Shown here piece after piece: positions 23,121 through 33,941 of a stretch of 64,000 nucleotides of DNA (positions are counted from its first letter, which is position 1; each line of letters opens with the position of its first letter). The stretch covers positions 1,792,001-1,856,000 of the forward strand of contig CP067995.1 in NCBI GenBank assembly GCA_045159875.1, given 5' to 3'. The stretch comes from a cyanobacterium endosymbiont of Rhopalodia gibba. Its GTDB lineage: Bacteria > Cyanobacteriota > Cyanobacteriia > Cyanobacteriales > Microcystaceae. The position numbers were made by a program, and so were the translations under genes. The notes beneath the pieces are model-generated. The model saw only the letters and a list, made by a program, of their open reading frames with translations. It searched no databases and was not told the DNA's origin.

Positions 23121-24809
23121 ATGTTTGTTTTACGTTTGTGTGTGAGTATGAGTGCAGGTATTTTTCTGTCCTTAGTCTGGAAAGTATCGGTGGCGACACA
23201 AGTACCGTCATCTTCTGTCAAAACTCACGATGGAACTTCGGCAACCTCTCAGGAAACTTCTTTGTTATCCCCCAATAGGCGAGTGCGGGCGAAGAAAGTG
23301 AACTATCATGTGGCGGACACCCAGCAGATAAAACAATCTATTTCAAAACAAACATCATCAACTATCAAGAAATTTTCTACTCAGGTTAGTGTTGAGCCCA
23401 TAGACTCATTAAATGTCCCCAACGCTGTTGATTACTCTTCAGCCATCCTAAAAAACTTGCTATCAAACAAACTTAGCCCCGGTGGCAACCCCTTATTGTT
23501 TCCCACTAAACCCTCAGAGGTGGAGACAGCCATTAGTCAACCGATTACCTTAGATCAAGCCATTTCTCTGGCATTGCATAATAATAGAGAACTCCAAGCC
23601 TCTCGTATTAAACTAGAAGAGCGTCAGGCTCGTTTAAAGGTCGAACAAGCCGACTTGTTTCCTACAATAGATATTGGAGCTAGTGCCGTACGATTTAGAA
23701 ATGATAGAGTATTCGGTGGTGGTACGAATCAACTCGGAAATTTAATTCCTGAAGAAACCAGTGCTGAAACTTTTACAGATCTTCGGGCTTTAGCAACCCT
23801 TAATTATATTATTTACAGTGGGGGCGAACGGTTAGCTCAAATTACACGGGCTCAACGAGAAGTCCGGAACCAAGAGCTAGAAGTAGAGCGAATTTCTGAA
23901 CAAACCCGCTTTGAATCTACTGATCGTTATTATCGGTTACAAAACGCCGATGCTCAGGTTGCCATTGCCCAAGCGGCAGTAGAAGATGCCAATCAAAGTT
24001 TACGGGATGCTCGATTGTTAGAACAAGCGGGGTTGGGAACACGATTTGATGTTTTGCGAGCTGAGGGGGACTTAGCTACGGCTAATCAAGGGTTAACCCG
24101 TGCAATCGCAGAACAGCGAACGGCAAGACGTAGTTTAGCCGAATTTCTGAGTGTGGGACAGCACATTCAATTAACAGCAGTAGATGAGATCTCCGAAGCA
24201 GGGACTTGGGCAATGACCCTTGATGAAACCATTGTCCGTGCCTATAAAAATCGCGCTGAGTTAGAACAACAATTAGTACAACGAGAAATTGGTCAACAAG
24301 ATCGTGACATTGCTCTGTCAGAAATTAGACCTCAAGTTAGTTTTCTCGCAGAATATGATGCACGGGACAACTTAGACGATGGCGTTCCTGTTCTTATGGA
24401 TTGGACATTCGAAGCAAGGGTTCGCTGGCGGATTTTTGATGGGGGAAAAGCCTTTGCAGGAGCCAGACGAGCTGAACGGAATATAGACTTAGCCAATACC
24501 AACTTTGCTAAACAACGCAATGCCATTCGTCTTGAGGTAGAAGAAGCTTATTATAATCTTATTGCAAATCGGGAAAATATCACCAGTACCCGCAAGAACG
24601 TTGAAATTTTTACAGAGGCTCTCAGACTGGCTCGATTACGATTTCAGGCGGGGGTTGGAACTCAAACTGATGTTATTGATGCTCAACGAGATCTCACAGA
24701 TGCACGGGGGCGTTTTCTACAGGCAGTTATTGGCTACAATCAATCTCTCAATGCTTTACAACGCTCAGTTAGTAATTTACCTGATAATGGACTGTTTGAG
24801 GCACGTTGA
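23121..24809 (+). CDS. tolC: TolC-family outer membrane efflux protein
   Basis: Two OEP repeats (TLDQAISLALHNN, AGLGTRFDVLRA, RFQAGVGTQTDVIDAQ), N-terminal signal-like region. Confidence 0.92.
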   Translation: MFVLRLCVSMSAGIFLSLVWKVSVATQVPSSSVKTHDGTSATSQETSLLSPNRRVRAKKVNYHVADTQQIKQSISKQTSSTIKKFSTQVSVEPIDSLNVPNAVDYSSAILKNLLSNKLSPGGNPLLFPTKPSEVETAISQPITLDQAISLALHNNRELQASRIKLEERQARLKVEQADLFPTIDIGASAVRFRNDRVFGGGTNQLGNLIPEETSAETFTDLRALATLNYIIYSGGERLAQITRAQREVRNQELEVERISEQTRFESTDRYYRLQNADAQVAIAQAAVEDANQSLRDARLLEQAGLGTRFDVLRAEGDLATANQGLTRAIAEQRTARRSLAEFLSVGQHIQLTAVDEISEAGTWAMTLDETIVRAYKNRAELEQQLVQREIGQQDRDIALSEIRPQVSFLAEYDARDNLDDGVPVLMDWTFEARVRWRIFDGGKAFAGARRAERNIDLANTNFAKQRNAIRLEVEEAYYNLIANRENITSTRKNVEIFTEALRLARLRFQAGVGTQTDVIDAQRDLTDARGRFLQAVIGYNQSLNALQRSVSNLPDNGLFEAR

Positions 24810-24887
24810 TCCCAGACAATTCTCTGTTTTCTGTTACTTGAAACGTTGTAGGGGTAATTTATCTGTTTCTACATTAAGTTAAGATCT

Positions 24888-24915
24888 TTCACAGAAAAAT
24901 TAATTTTTCTGTGAA
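24888..24915. repeat. Perfect 28-bp palindrome downstream of tolC
   Basis: TTCACAGAAAAATT|AATTTTTCTGTGAA. Confidence 0.85.
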
Positions 24916-24939
24916 TCGTTTTTTTGCTCTAAACTGATC

Positions 24940-26355
24940 AAATCTTTTCTCGTTTTGTCCATATGATTAAAAAGACACTTTTCTTTGAGCTTAGAGGAGT
25001 TATCCTAATTACTCTCTGGATATTGGTTGGAGAATTTTTTGTACTCTACGAACGGGATTTATTAATATTCGGGTATTTAAAGACACTGTTGATATTGCCA
25101 TAGGTCGATATGATTACCTCCAAGACAACTAAAAGGAAGAACTAACTTCTTTTTCAAGCTTTGGCGACCGCTCTATGTGCCAGTGTAAGACTAGGAAATA
25201 TTGCTGGAGGGACAAAGAAATCAATTCAACTTGGAGGGACAGGGGGAGTATTTTGGATAACTATAACGGCAATTTTGGGAATGTCAACTAAATTCATCGA
25301 ATGTACTTTAGGGCTAAAATATCGCATTGTTCATCCTGATGGCACAGTAGTTGGTGGACTCATATATTATTTGCGTAACGGGTCAAATACATTAGGTCAA
25401 GCTCAATTAGGTATGCTTTTAGCAACCATTTATAGGGTTACTGAAATTTGTTCAGCCATAGGTGCAGAAAATATGTTCCAGTCTAATCAATTGTTTGCTG
25501 TATTAGCCACTATCATTCCACAGTTACAACCATATAATTAGGCTTATGGTCTGAATTTAGCTCTGTTGCTGGGATTAGTAACTATCGGCGTATCGGCGAT
25601 GTTAACCGTATTAGCATCGTCACTAATAAGTTAGTCCCAGTAATGGTCGGAATTTACCTTTTTAGCTGTTTGTGGGTGTTAAAAGTAAACTTTACGGTGA
25701 TTTCCAGGGTCTTTTTATGGTTCAAGAGGCTTTTTCTCCTCAGACTATTGAGGGGGACTGGTGGACGTTTTGGTTTAAGGAATCTGGCGCAGTGTTTTTT
25801 CTAATGGAGCTGGATTGAAACGACGATTGCTCATTCAGTGGACAAGACTCAAGAACCTATTCGAGAGGAAATTATTTCTATCTTAGAGCCGTTTGTTGAC
25901 ATGGTAATTATCTGCAATTTAACGGCATTGGTTATTATAACGACAGAAATCTCAGAAATCTATAGGAACGTAGTGAGAGCAACTATTTAGTGAGTGGTTC
26001 AGCTCTAGCCGCGCTAGCTTTTAGTCGAGTCATCAATTTGGTTCCTTTTTTTTTAGCTGAAATTATAGGTCGGTTTGCCTTTTCAACGATGATCTCTTGA
26101 TGTTATTACGGCGAAAGATGTTGGGATTATGTTTTCGGAGAATCTAGTCATCATATTTTTAAAATTATGTTTTTAACTTTTATCTTTCTGAGACCTATTT
26201 TTAATTGAAAAGCCTTAGTAAAATTTAGTGAAACAATCTTATTAACCTTAACTATTGCTAATGTTCTAGGTTGTATTTTTTTCTTAGGAAAAATAGCTGA
26301 AAATCTACACAAATATTGGTCAAAGTTTAAGTCTAAAGAAATTAAAGGCAAATAA
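24940..26355 (+). pseudogene. agcS: Alanine/glycine:cation symporter (AGCS) pseudogene
   Basis: [84 protein letters not shown]; many stops and frameshifts. Confidence 0.9.
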
Positions 26356-26374
26356 TCCTTGCAAAGGAAAGATA

Positions 26375-27110
26375 TTCATCCTGTGTTAGTTGCTCGTCCA
26401 GCAAAAAGGCTCAATGATTTTCCGCGACTTCTTTGATGTGTAAGTTATTTAAATAAGTTGTATAAAGTTGAATTTACGATGAAGTTCTATTAAGTCCTTT
26501 TTGGGGTTGAATAAACAGTGTAGGAATCTCAATAGGTTCAGTTAACTCTGCACATCTCATCACATTTTTAAAGATTTTGTTGCGGGACTATACTACAAAT
26601 TTACTACCCCATCTCCCCTCGTTTTTTTCTTCCATTCCTGATTGGAAAACTTTTTGTTACAAGGGAGTTCATTCTTGATATTGTTTTAAACTTCAGGCTA
26701 AGATTTCAGCTTTCTCATAACTTTCAAAAGCTCCCATCGCTTTTAGGAAAGATGACATTTTATATAATACGGGAAAAGTTATTTTTAAAATGGATGGCAT
26801 CCGGCTAATCAAAAAAAGATTAATCAATATTCAACTTTTGAATTTTTTAGGATTTCCTGTCGTTTAAATAGGGTCCAATTTAGCACTCCATCCTAAATAG
26901 TTCATTAATCTTTTTCAATCATTAATCTAATCCGTAAATTTATAACTAGTTTGAGGCTTACTACTATTATCATGACCTTGCAAATCATACGCAACAATAT
27001 GATAATCCATCGACAAATAATCTCTTAAATTTAACCAAACTAAGCTATCGCCAGCTAAATTCTGTAACAGAAAAAGTTGACTTTATTCTCAATAAAACTC
27101 TAAATAAGAG
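26375..27110 (-). pseudogene. Alpha/beta hydrolase pseudogene
   Basis: Minus-strand fragments SLVWLNLRDYLSMDYHIVAYDLQGHDNSSKP, FLKAMGAFESYEKAE, GRWGSKF, PIEIPTLFIQPQKGLNR; several stops; nucleophile region appears deleted. Confidence 0.8.
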
Positions 27111-27184
27111 ATATGAATATCTGATTAATTTACAGCTTTACAAATAAATATTTTTGACTATAAAAAGAGTTATTAAATAATAAT

Positions 27185-27994
27185 TTAGGATATAATACCC
27201 TGTACTAAGGGCTTAAAAAAGGGAACTAATTCAGGTTTACTAGCCACTAAACAAGGAAAAGGTTTTTTTCCATAATTCTGACCAATCTTAAGCGGAAAAA
27301 TGGGGTCATCATTCAAAGAAACAAAAACTCCACCTGCACCTCTAAGAATAACCCAAACCGCAGCAATATCCCAAATTTTAGGGGTTACTTCTACCCCCCC
27401 TAATGCTGCTCCACAAGCCACTAATGAAATGTTATAACTAGCGACTCCAATTATACGAATTTTACAAGGAAAAGGTTGTCTAAGAATTTTAATACTACGG
27501 GTGCATAAATTGAAAAGATGACTTTGACTAGGCTGGTCGTGACTCGTGTGAATTTTTACCCCATTTGAATAAGACCCTTTAGGTCCAGTTATTCCGGTTT
27601 CCCCATACCAGTATCCATGGAAAGATTGCTGAAGTTGGGGAAAATGAACAAAGCCAAAAACAGGGGTTCCTCGATACAACAATCCTAGAGAAATGCCCCA
27701 AATTGGGATACCTCGTGTGAAGTTAGTAGTTCCATCAATCGGGTCAATGATCCAACACCAGTCTGTTTCAGGAAAGATATGAGTAGTTTCCTCAGTAAGA
27801 ACTCCATGTTCAGGAAATTTAGTAGCGATCACCGCCCGAATAGCTTGATCAGTCCAATGATCAGCTTGGGTAACTAAAGAACCATCGTCCTTCTGTGTAG
27901 GGGATATTTGACCTACATCGGCCACTAAACAATGTCCTAGTTTTTGGGTTGTCGTCCGACAAAACGTTAAGACCTCGTGCCAAAATTGTTCCAT
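27185..27994 (-). CDS. Inositol monophosphatase family protein
   Basis: LVTQAD, EE, WIIDPIDGTTNF, WDIAA. Start placed at MEQFW (27994) rather than the track's 28099. Confidence 0.93.
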   Translation of the reverse strand: MEQFWHEVLTFCRTTTQKLGHCLVADVGQISPTQKDDGSLVTQADHWTDQAIRAVIATKFPEHGVLTEETTHIFPETDWCWIIDPIDGTTNFTRGIPIWGISLGLLYRGTPVFGFVHFPQLQQSFHGYWYGETGITGPKGSYSNGVKIHTSHDQPSQSHLFNLCTRSIKILRQPFPCKIRIIGVASYNISLVACGAALGGVEVTPKIWDIAAVWVILRGAGGVFVSLNDDPIFPLKIGQNYGKKPFPCLVASKPELVPFFKPLVQGIIS

Positions 27995-28252
27995 ATTTAA
28001 TTGAAGGATAAGAGGGCAACAATACGATATTACCCTTAAAAGATATAGGAATATAACTCGATAAAGCAAGTTTTTTGATTCCGGGGTCCCCAAGATCAAA
28101 GGTAGAAAGATTTAATCAGTTGTCCTTGGATAGAATTTTGACAAAAGTGTTATGCTAGTGGGCGATCACATCTTTTTAGATATTTTTTCTATAATAAGGC
28201 AAAGAATTCAAATTCATTTGAACCCAAAATTATTAAGACTTTACTTTTAGGA

Positions 28253-28396
28253 TCGATGCTGCCCACAAAATTTTTATCGATGCTGCCCACAAAATTTTTA
28301 TCGATGCTGCCCACAAAATTTTTATCGATGCTGCCCACACAATTTTTGTCGATGCTGCCCACACAATTTTTGTCGATGCTGCCCACACAATTTTTG
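28253..28396. repeat. Tandem array, 6 x 24 bp, two variants
   Basis: 3 x TCGATGCTGCCCACAAAATTTTTA followed by 3 x TCGATGCTGCCCACACAATTTTTG, head to tail with no spacers. Confidence 0.98.
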
Positions 28397-28434
28397 TCAC
28401 AAATGAAACTTTAAGATATTAATGAGATAAGAAA

Positions 28435-28632
28435 ATGTTATCAACTTCAACTAACAAAGCTGCCATTATCCGTAATTATATTCTTCTTTCTCTAGTCGTT
28501 ATGATTTTGGGAGTGGGATTAACGGATATTTTCAAAAATCCTAGTCGAGTTGGACAAAAGGATCGTATTGATAATTATGTCCGCTATATCAATGCAGGTT
28601 TTGTTGCTCAAACGCAAAAATCAGGACGTTGA
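28435..28632 (+). CDS. Hypothetical 65-aa single-pass membrane protein
   Basis: ATG start, hydrophobic stretch ILLSLVVMILGVGL, GC above flanking spacer; no family recognised. Confidence 0.45.
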   Translation: MLSTSTNKAAIIRNYILLSLVVMILGVGLTDIFKNPSRVGQKDRIDNYVRYINAGFVAQTQKSGR

Positions 28633-30085
28633 CACTCAGTTGTTAAGCTTGCGTTGGAATATCTTTTGGCTAAATATGTCTAGAAAACCGATATTTAATC
28701 TATAGGTTCTTCCACTGAGCTTTTTCTTGCTAGTGTAAGAACCACGACTAGGATACCCTTATATGAAATTACTTTTTGCTTTCTGGCTTAATATGTAAGT
28801 ACGACTTACTAAACTCTATGAATTAAAACCTACTTTGTATAAGCAAATAAACCTTGTGCTCCTATTATTTTAGGAATGACGCAGTATTCCATAACTTGTC
28901 TTTTAGCTTAATTTTCATTTTTAAAATCATCAATTCTCGTCCTTACTTTTATTATTTTCATCTATAGGTTTTTCTGAAAATACGTTTTTAAAAAATTAGA
29001 CCATCGTTTTTATAGACTTAGATGAATATTAGCTATTAATAAATAATTAAATCCTTTTTTAAAAACTTTTAAAAGTATTCTTCTTAAAAGACTTCTTAAA
29101 TAATCTATCTGTAAATTTACAAAAAATTGTATTTTTTAATGAATTAACCTAATTTACAATGTTTTTAAATTTATATACTCTTCTATTTTATAGATAATAT
29201 TTATGCTATTTTCTGTTATGGAGTTTATCTTTGAGTCACGAGTCAACTTTGATAATATTTTTTCTTCTAATTCCATTGACTAAATTTTTAAGCTAATCAC
29301 TATATCTTAATTGGTAACTAAATTAAGATTTCTATAATTTTAAAATTATTAAGTTAATAAATATTATTTAATTTTTAATTAACAGTTTTCAATAGAGTTT
29401 AAATCAGGAAAATAAGGAGAGAGAAATACTACTTGTTCTCCGATAGACTTCATCATTTTTCTAGCTTTTGTTATTTTATGTATAGACCGATAAGTTATCC
29501 ATAACAGCATAAATCTAGCCATAGGTTTATACCGTCAGTACTTTTGTTTTATCAGTGAAAAAAAAATTTATTTACATATCCTCCAAGAGGAAAAGAGAAA
29601 AAAACTGATGCAGTGAGCGTTACTATTAACGTAATATTTTTCCTTTATTATTGGGATATGTTCCATAAGCTCGTTTTCCTTTAGTTTCTCTGACATACTG
29701 ACAAGTTATAGCTAGCTTAACTCCGGTTTCATTAATAAAAATTAAGTACGAAAGTTTAAGTTTTTTAAGTATTAAAGAACACTACACTCTCAAAATTTTA
29801 ACCCTATAGCTTGTTAAGTTACCGAGATATATTTTTTTTAAAAAAAGTTAAGTTTAAGTTGCTGGGAAAAACGACATATTGTAGAAATACTAACTCTAAC
29901 ATTTATTTTTTCATTCGAGTGAATACTTGGCTTTTGTAAAGCTGTATAGTTATTTTGTTCTAGCAATCGTTTGATAAAATTTAGGTCATTAAACCTCCAT
30001 TAAAAAGAGTTTTTTCTGGATAAAAATAAGTAGTTAGATACTCTTTATTGTTTTATAGTCTTCAAGTAGGTAATCGATGAAACTA

Positions 30086-30127
30086 TAACTAATTTTTAAA
30101 TAAAATATTTTATTTAAAAATTAGTTA
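30086..30127. repeat. Perfect 42-bp palindrome, no loop
   Basis: TAACTAATTTTTAAATAAAAT|ATTTTATTTAAAAATTAGTTA. Confidence 0.9.
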
Positions 30128-30775
30128 ACCAATAAAAAACACTAAATAATAACCATTATTTCTCTAAAAAATAGAGGCAATTTAAAAGATTAAAGGTGAT
30201 TAGACTTAAGATTATGCCGAATAAAATCTAGATTATTTGATTAATTTTTACTCATCTCAATTATAAATATTTAACTTAACTCACTTTTGGACAGCTTTTA
30301 AACATCAGTATAAACATAAAAAATTTCATTATTTTATTTATTGTTTAATCTCAAAACCGTTAACAGTAAATCTTTTATAAAAAAGAATCTCTAATTCGTT
30401 AATTAAATACTATTGCAATAGATTTTATTTATGGATAAAGTAATATTTTTATGCTATCCATATAAAATTTGCAAGAAGAAATAAATTTCTGATTTAATAA
30501 TTCTAAACATAGGAAGTTGTCATGTGAATTTTTATCTTAAATAAGTATAAATTTAGATCCTATAAAAAGTAATTTTTCGGAGAAATTTTGACTAGTATTA
30601 TAAGATCTATGTAGTGATATTTTACGGCTTAAAAAAGTTAGAAAATATTTAACAAAAGTGCAATTATTTCACCGTTAAATTTTTTAAATCTCAAAGAGAT
30701 CTAGAGGATTGTTAGCTAAAGTTCTAATCTAATAATAATCTATGATAAATACACCTAGCCTCAATCTAGTGAAGC

Positions 30776-33424
30776 ATGCAGCCTCATTTGTATCCCAAAC
30801 GCCTCTACCAGTGGCTCACTTCTAGTAACTTTGGGCTCAGCACCACCGATCCTCGCTATGCTTTATTAGAAGCCTGTTTGATTGGATTTCTTTCAGCCTT
30901 AGCCGCTCTCATTCTTAAAATAGGAGTTGGTTGGTTAGGAGGATGGCGAGTAAGTCTAGCCAATCAATTTGGGGCGATCTGGGTCCTTCCCCTTGGAGGC
31001 TTAATTTTAGGATTAATATCGGGATGGTTGATCGAAGAAGTTTCTCTTACTGCTGCAGGAGGTGGTATTACCCAAGTAAAAGCTTCGTTGGCCCGCTATC
31101 CTGTTCCATTATCTATACGGGTTGTCCTAGTCAAACTAATTGGTACAATCTTGGTATTAGGGGCTGGGTTAACCTTAGGTCGTCGTGCCCCCACAGTCCA
31201 TATTGGAGCGGCTTTAGCGGCACAGTTGAGCAGTTGGGTTCCTACCTCTCCTGAACATCGACGACAAATGATTGCGGCCGGAGCTGCTGCCGGACTAGCT
31301 GCTGGATTTAGTACTCCGATTGCTGGAGTTTTATTTGTGGTTGAAGAGTTGATGCGCGACGTTTCTGGTCTAACGCTACAAACCGCTATTGTTGCCTCAT
31401 TTGTGGGGGCTGTTGTCTCTTTGATCCTTCAGTCAGCATCTCTATCATTTTCATCTTCTCTTTTAAATCTGCCTAATATTAGTTTCTCAGCTTCTGAAAT
31501 TCCTTTTTACCTATTGTTGGGGATTTTGGCTGGGATATTAGGCTCACTCTTTAAACGGGGACTTTTGTTTAGTCTGACCGTGCAAAGTCGTCTTAACTTA
31601 CCTTTACCTTGGCGAATTGGATTAGTTGGAATGATTTCTGGGGTAATTGTTGCTGTTTTACCTCCTTTTTTTCAAGATAATGCAGGATTAAGAACTTTTT
31701 TGGTGACGGGGGGATTGAGTGACGACAAAATTCTTTTGGCTTTTGTTGCTCATTTTCTCTTAACTATACTAGCCTATAGTTCCAATGCTCCGGGGGGACT
31801 TTTTGCCCCCGCTTTAGTTTTGGGATCCGCCCTAGGCTATTTAGTGGGAGATTTTGAGGAGTTTTTGACAGGGACGGGGTCCGAATCTACTTATGCCCTG
31901 GCAGGCATGGGGGGCTTTTTCACCGCAGTAGTTCGGGTTCCGGTAACAGCTATTGTTATTGTCTTTGAATTAAACACGGATTTTAATATCGTTCTTCCTT
32001 TAATGGTGACTTGTGCAGTTTCTTATGTGGTAGCCGAGAGTGTATCACGAGGATCTTTATACGAAGATATGCTTAAGACTAAGGGAATTTACATTAATGA
32101 AGCAGCAACGGGGCAAGATTTTTTGTCTCAATTGACTGCAGCCGATGTTATGCAGTCCAAGGTAGAAAGTTTATCTAGTCATTTAACCCTTGAAGAAGTT
32201 TTTCAAGCAATGTCTATATCGAGTCATCGTGGCTTTCCAGTGATGGAGAACGGCAAATTAGTAGGAATTGTCACTCAAACTGATTTGGCCAACTCAGCTC
32301 AATATTCACCAGACACGTGTCTTAGGGATTTTATGACACCCCGCCCGATTACAGTTCCAGCCGATGCTTTTCTAAGTGATGTTCTCTATATACTTAATCG
32401 ACACAGATTATCTCGTATTCCGGTAACAGAAGGAACAAAATTAGTAGGAATTATTACCCGCACTGATATTATTCGTGTAGAGGCTAATAAACTTGAAGGT
32501 CATGATGCTCAAGGAAATGAATCCTTGCGAGAACCTTCTTATATTATCTATCAAACTCGCGCTCCAGCTATTGGAGAGGGACGCATTTTATTGCCTTTGG
32601 CTAACCTAGATAGTGCAACGGCTTTGTTTCAAATTGGAGCAGCGATCGCAACTCAGAAACAATCGGAATTAGAATGTCTACAGATAATTAAAGTTCCAAA
32701 ACACAGTAATCCCGCTCAAACCTTCCTCACAAATCAACCCCATCGCCAATTACTCCAACACCTGGAAAGATTAGGCCGGCATCAGCATCTTCCGGTTCAC
32801 ACTCAAATTCGGGTTGCTCATAATATTGCCCAGGCTATTTTAGAAACAATCCGTGATCGCCATATTAATTTGATGATCTTGGAATGGACTGAAGACAGTC
32901 GAACTCCTGGAGCAGTTTTTGGACATATAGTAGATTTTTTGATTCGTAAAGCTCCTTGTGAGTTAGTTTTAATTAAATTAGGTGATAATCATGATGTTTA
33001 TCCTTATAATTTAGATAAGGATGCTACATGGTTAATTCCTATCGCTGGAGGACCTAATGCTCAACGGGCTATGGAGTTACTCCCTGGACTAACTGGGTTA
33101 TATAGTCGTTCACGATCACCAATTATTTGGTTGTGCAAAGTATTCTCCCCCAATGGCAATTTTCCTGACTACCAAGCTTTAGAGCAAACTGCTCAAGAGT
33201 TAAAACGAACTCTTGATCGCCTTGTCATTCCTCTACCCATTCGTTCCCAGTCGGTGGCTGATGCAGTGGTTCATTTGGCAACGGACGAAACCTGTGATGT
33301 AGTCATGTTAGGGGTCAGTCGTGAGGGTCTATTAGAACAGGTAATACATGGTAATCTTCCCAAAACAATCGCTCGGCAAGTCCACAGCACCGTTATTTTA
33401 GTTCGAGATGCATTGTCAAATTAG
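30776..33424 (+). CDS. ClC chloride channel/antiporter with CBS pair and USP-like domains
   Basis: GGGITQV, LGRRAPTVHIG, GAAAGLAAGF, GGLFAP; CBS (HRGFPV, LVGIITRTDI) and USP-like C-terminus. Confidence 0.93.
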   Translation: MQPHLYPKRLYQWLTSSNFGLSTTDPRYALLEACLIGFLSALAALILKIGVGWLGGWRVSLANQFGAIWVLPLGGLILGLISGWLIEEVSLTAAGGGITQVKASLARYPVPLSIRVVLVKLIGTILVLGAGLTLGRRAPTVHIGAALAAQLSSWVPTSPEHRRQMIAAGAAAGLAAGFSTPIAGVLFVVEELMRDVSGLTLQTAIVASFVGAVVSLILQSASLSFSSSLLNLPNISFSASEIPFYLLLGILAGILGSLFKRGLLFSLTVQSRLNLPLPWRIGLVGMISGVIVAVLPPFFQDNAGLRTFLVTGGLSDDKILLAFVAHFLLTILAYSSNAPGGLFAPALVLGSALGYLVGDFEEFLTGTGSESTYALAGMGGFFTAVVRVPVTAIVIVFELNTDFNIVLPLMVTCAVSYVVAESVSRGSLYEDMLKTKGIYINEAATGQDFLSQLTAADVMQSKVESLSSHLTLEEVFQAMSISSHRGFPVMENGKLVGIVTQTDLANSAQYSPDTCLRDFMTPRPITVPADAFLSDVLYILNRHRLSRIPVTEGTKLVGIITRTDIIRVEANKLEGHDAQGNESLREPSYIIYQTRAPAIGEGRILLPLANLDSATALFQIGAAIATQKQSELECLQIIKVPKHSNPAQTFLTNQPHRQLLQHLERLGRHQHLPVHTQIRVAHNIAQAILETIRDRHINLMILEWTEDSRTPGAVFGHIVDFLIRKAPCELVLIKLGDNHDVYPYNLDKDATWLIPIAGGPNAQRAMELLPGLTGLYSRSRSPIIWLCKVFSPNGNFPDYQALEQTAQELKRTLDRLVIPLPIRSQSVADAVVHLATDETCDVVMLGVSREGLLEQVIHGNLPKTIARQVHSTVILVRDALSN

Positions 33425-33610
33425 TCCACTGTAAGAAAAATCCAAAGATGGACGGAGAATCTGCCTTAAATTCACGTAAGTTAGCTCTTTTTAGGTATGG
33501 AGATGACTTAGTGAACAACCTATCCTAGGAAAAATAATTCCATGAAGAAATAATATTAGATGTTGGATCATGCAAATAATCATTTAACCTTCTTAACTCA
33601 CTATTTATTT

Positions 33611-33668
33611 TGCTACCTGGTCAATTCCTCTCCCTGGAGGACCTAATGCTCAATGGGCTATGAAGTTA
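33611..33668 (+). repeat. Diverged copy of ClC gene segment 33022-33079
   Basis: 52 of 58 identical bases by manual alignment, no gaps. Confidence 0.85.
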
Positions 33669-33901
33669 ACTCTTTTATTAAAACTGCTTAGCTTGAGTTT
33701 ATCTAAAATTGCCATTAATCAAAAGAAAATAGACTCTTAGGTCTCTCTAAAAAAATTGGGAGTTTAATTTGAAAAACTCCGGAGCAAATAAATCCTAATA
33801 GATTGTTCAGTCAATAAAACCTTAAGTAAGGTACATTAGGCTAATTTTTTTCGTAACAATCCTAAAGTAAGTTTCGGGTGCCTTATGCCACGCACGCCAA
33901 C

Positions 33902-33938
33902 ATATCTCAGTTTACTCTTGAAGAGTAAACTGAGATAT
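33902..33938 (-). terminator. Palindrome with 18-bp arms just downstream of nadK, possible terminator
   Basis: ATATCTCAGTTTACTCTT-G-AAGAGTAAACTGAGATAT, 3 bp past the nadK stop; no U tract. Confidence 0.55.
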
Positions 33939-33941
33939 CCT

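Noticed and set aside
28189..28386. 65-aa repeat-peptide ORF (GSIDKNCV)n
   Set aside because: Open frame is a by-product of a stop-free 24-bp unit; no independent coding evidence.
28253..28396. 24-bp repeats as a CRISPR array
   Set aside because: Units are head to tail with no unique spacers, and there are no cas genes in the window.
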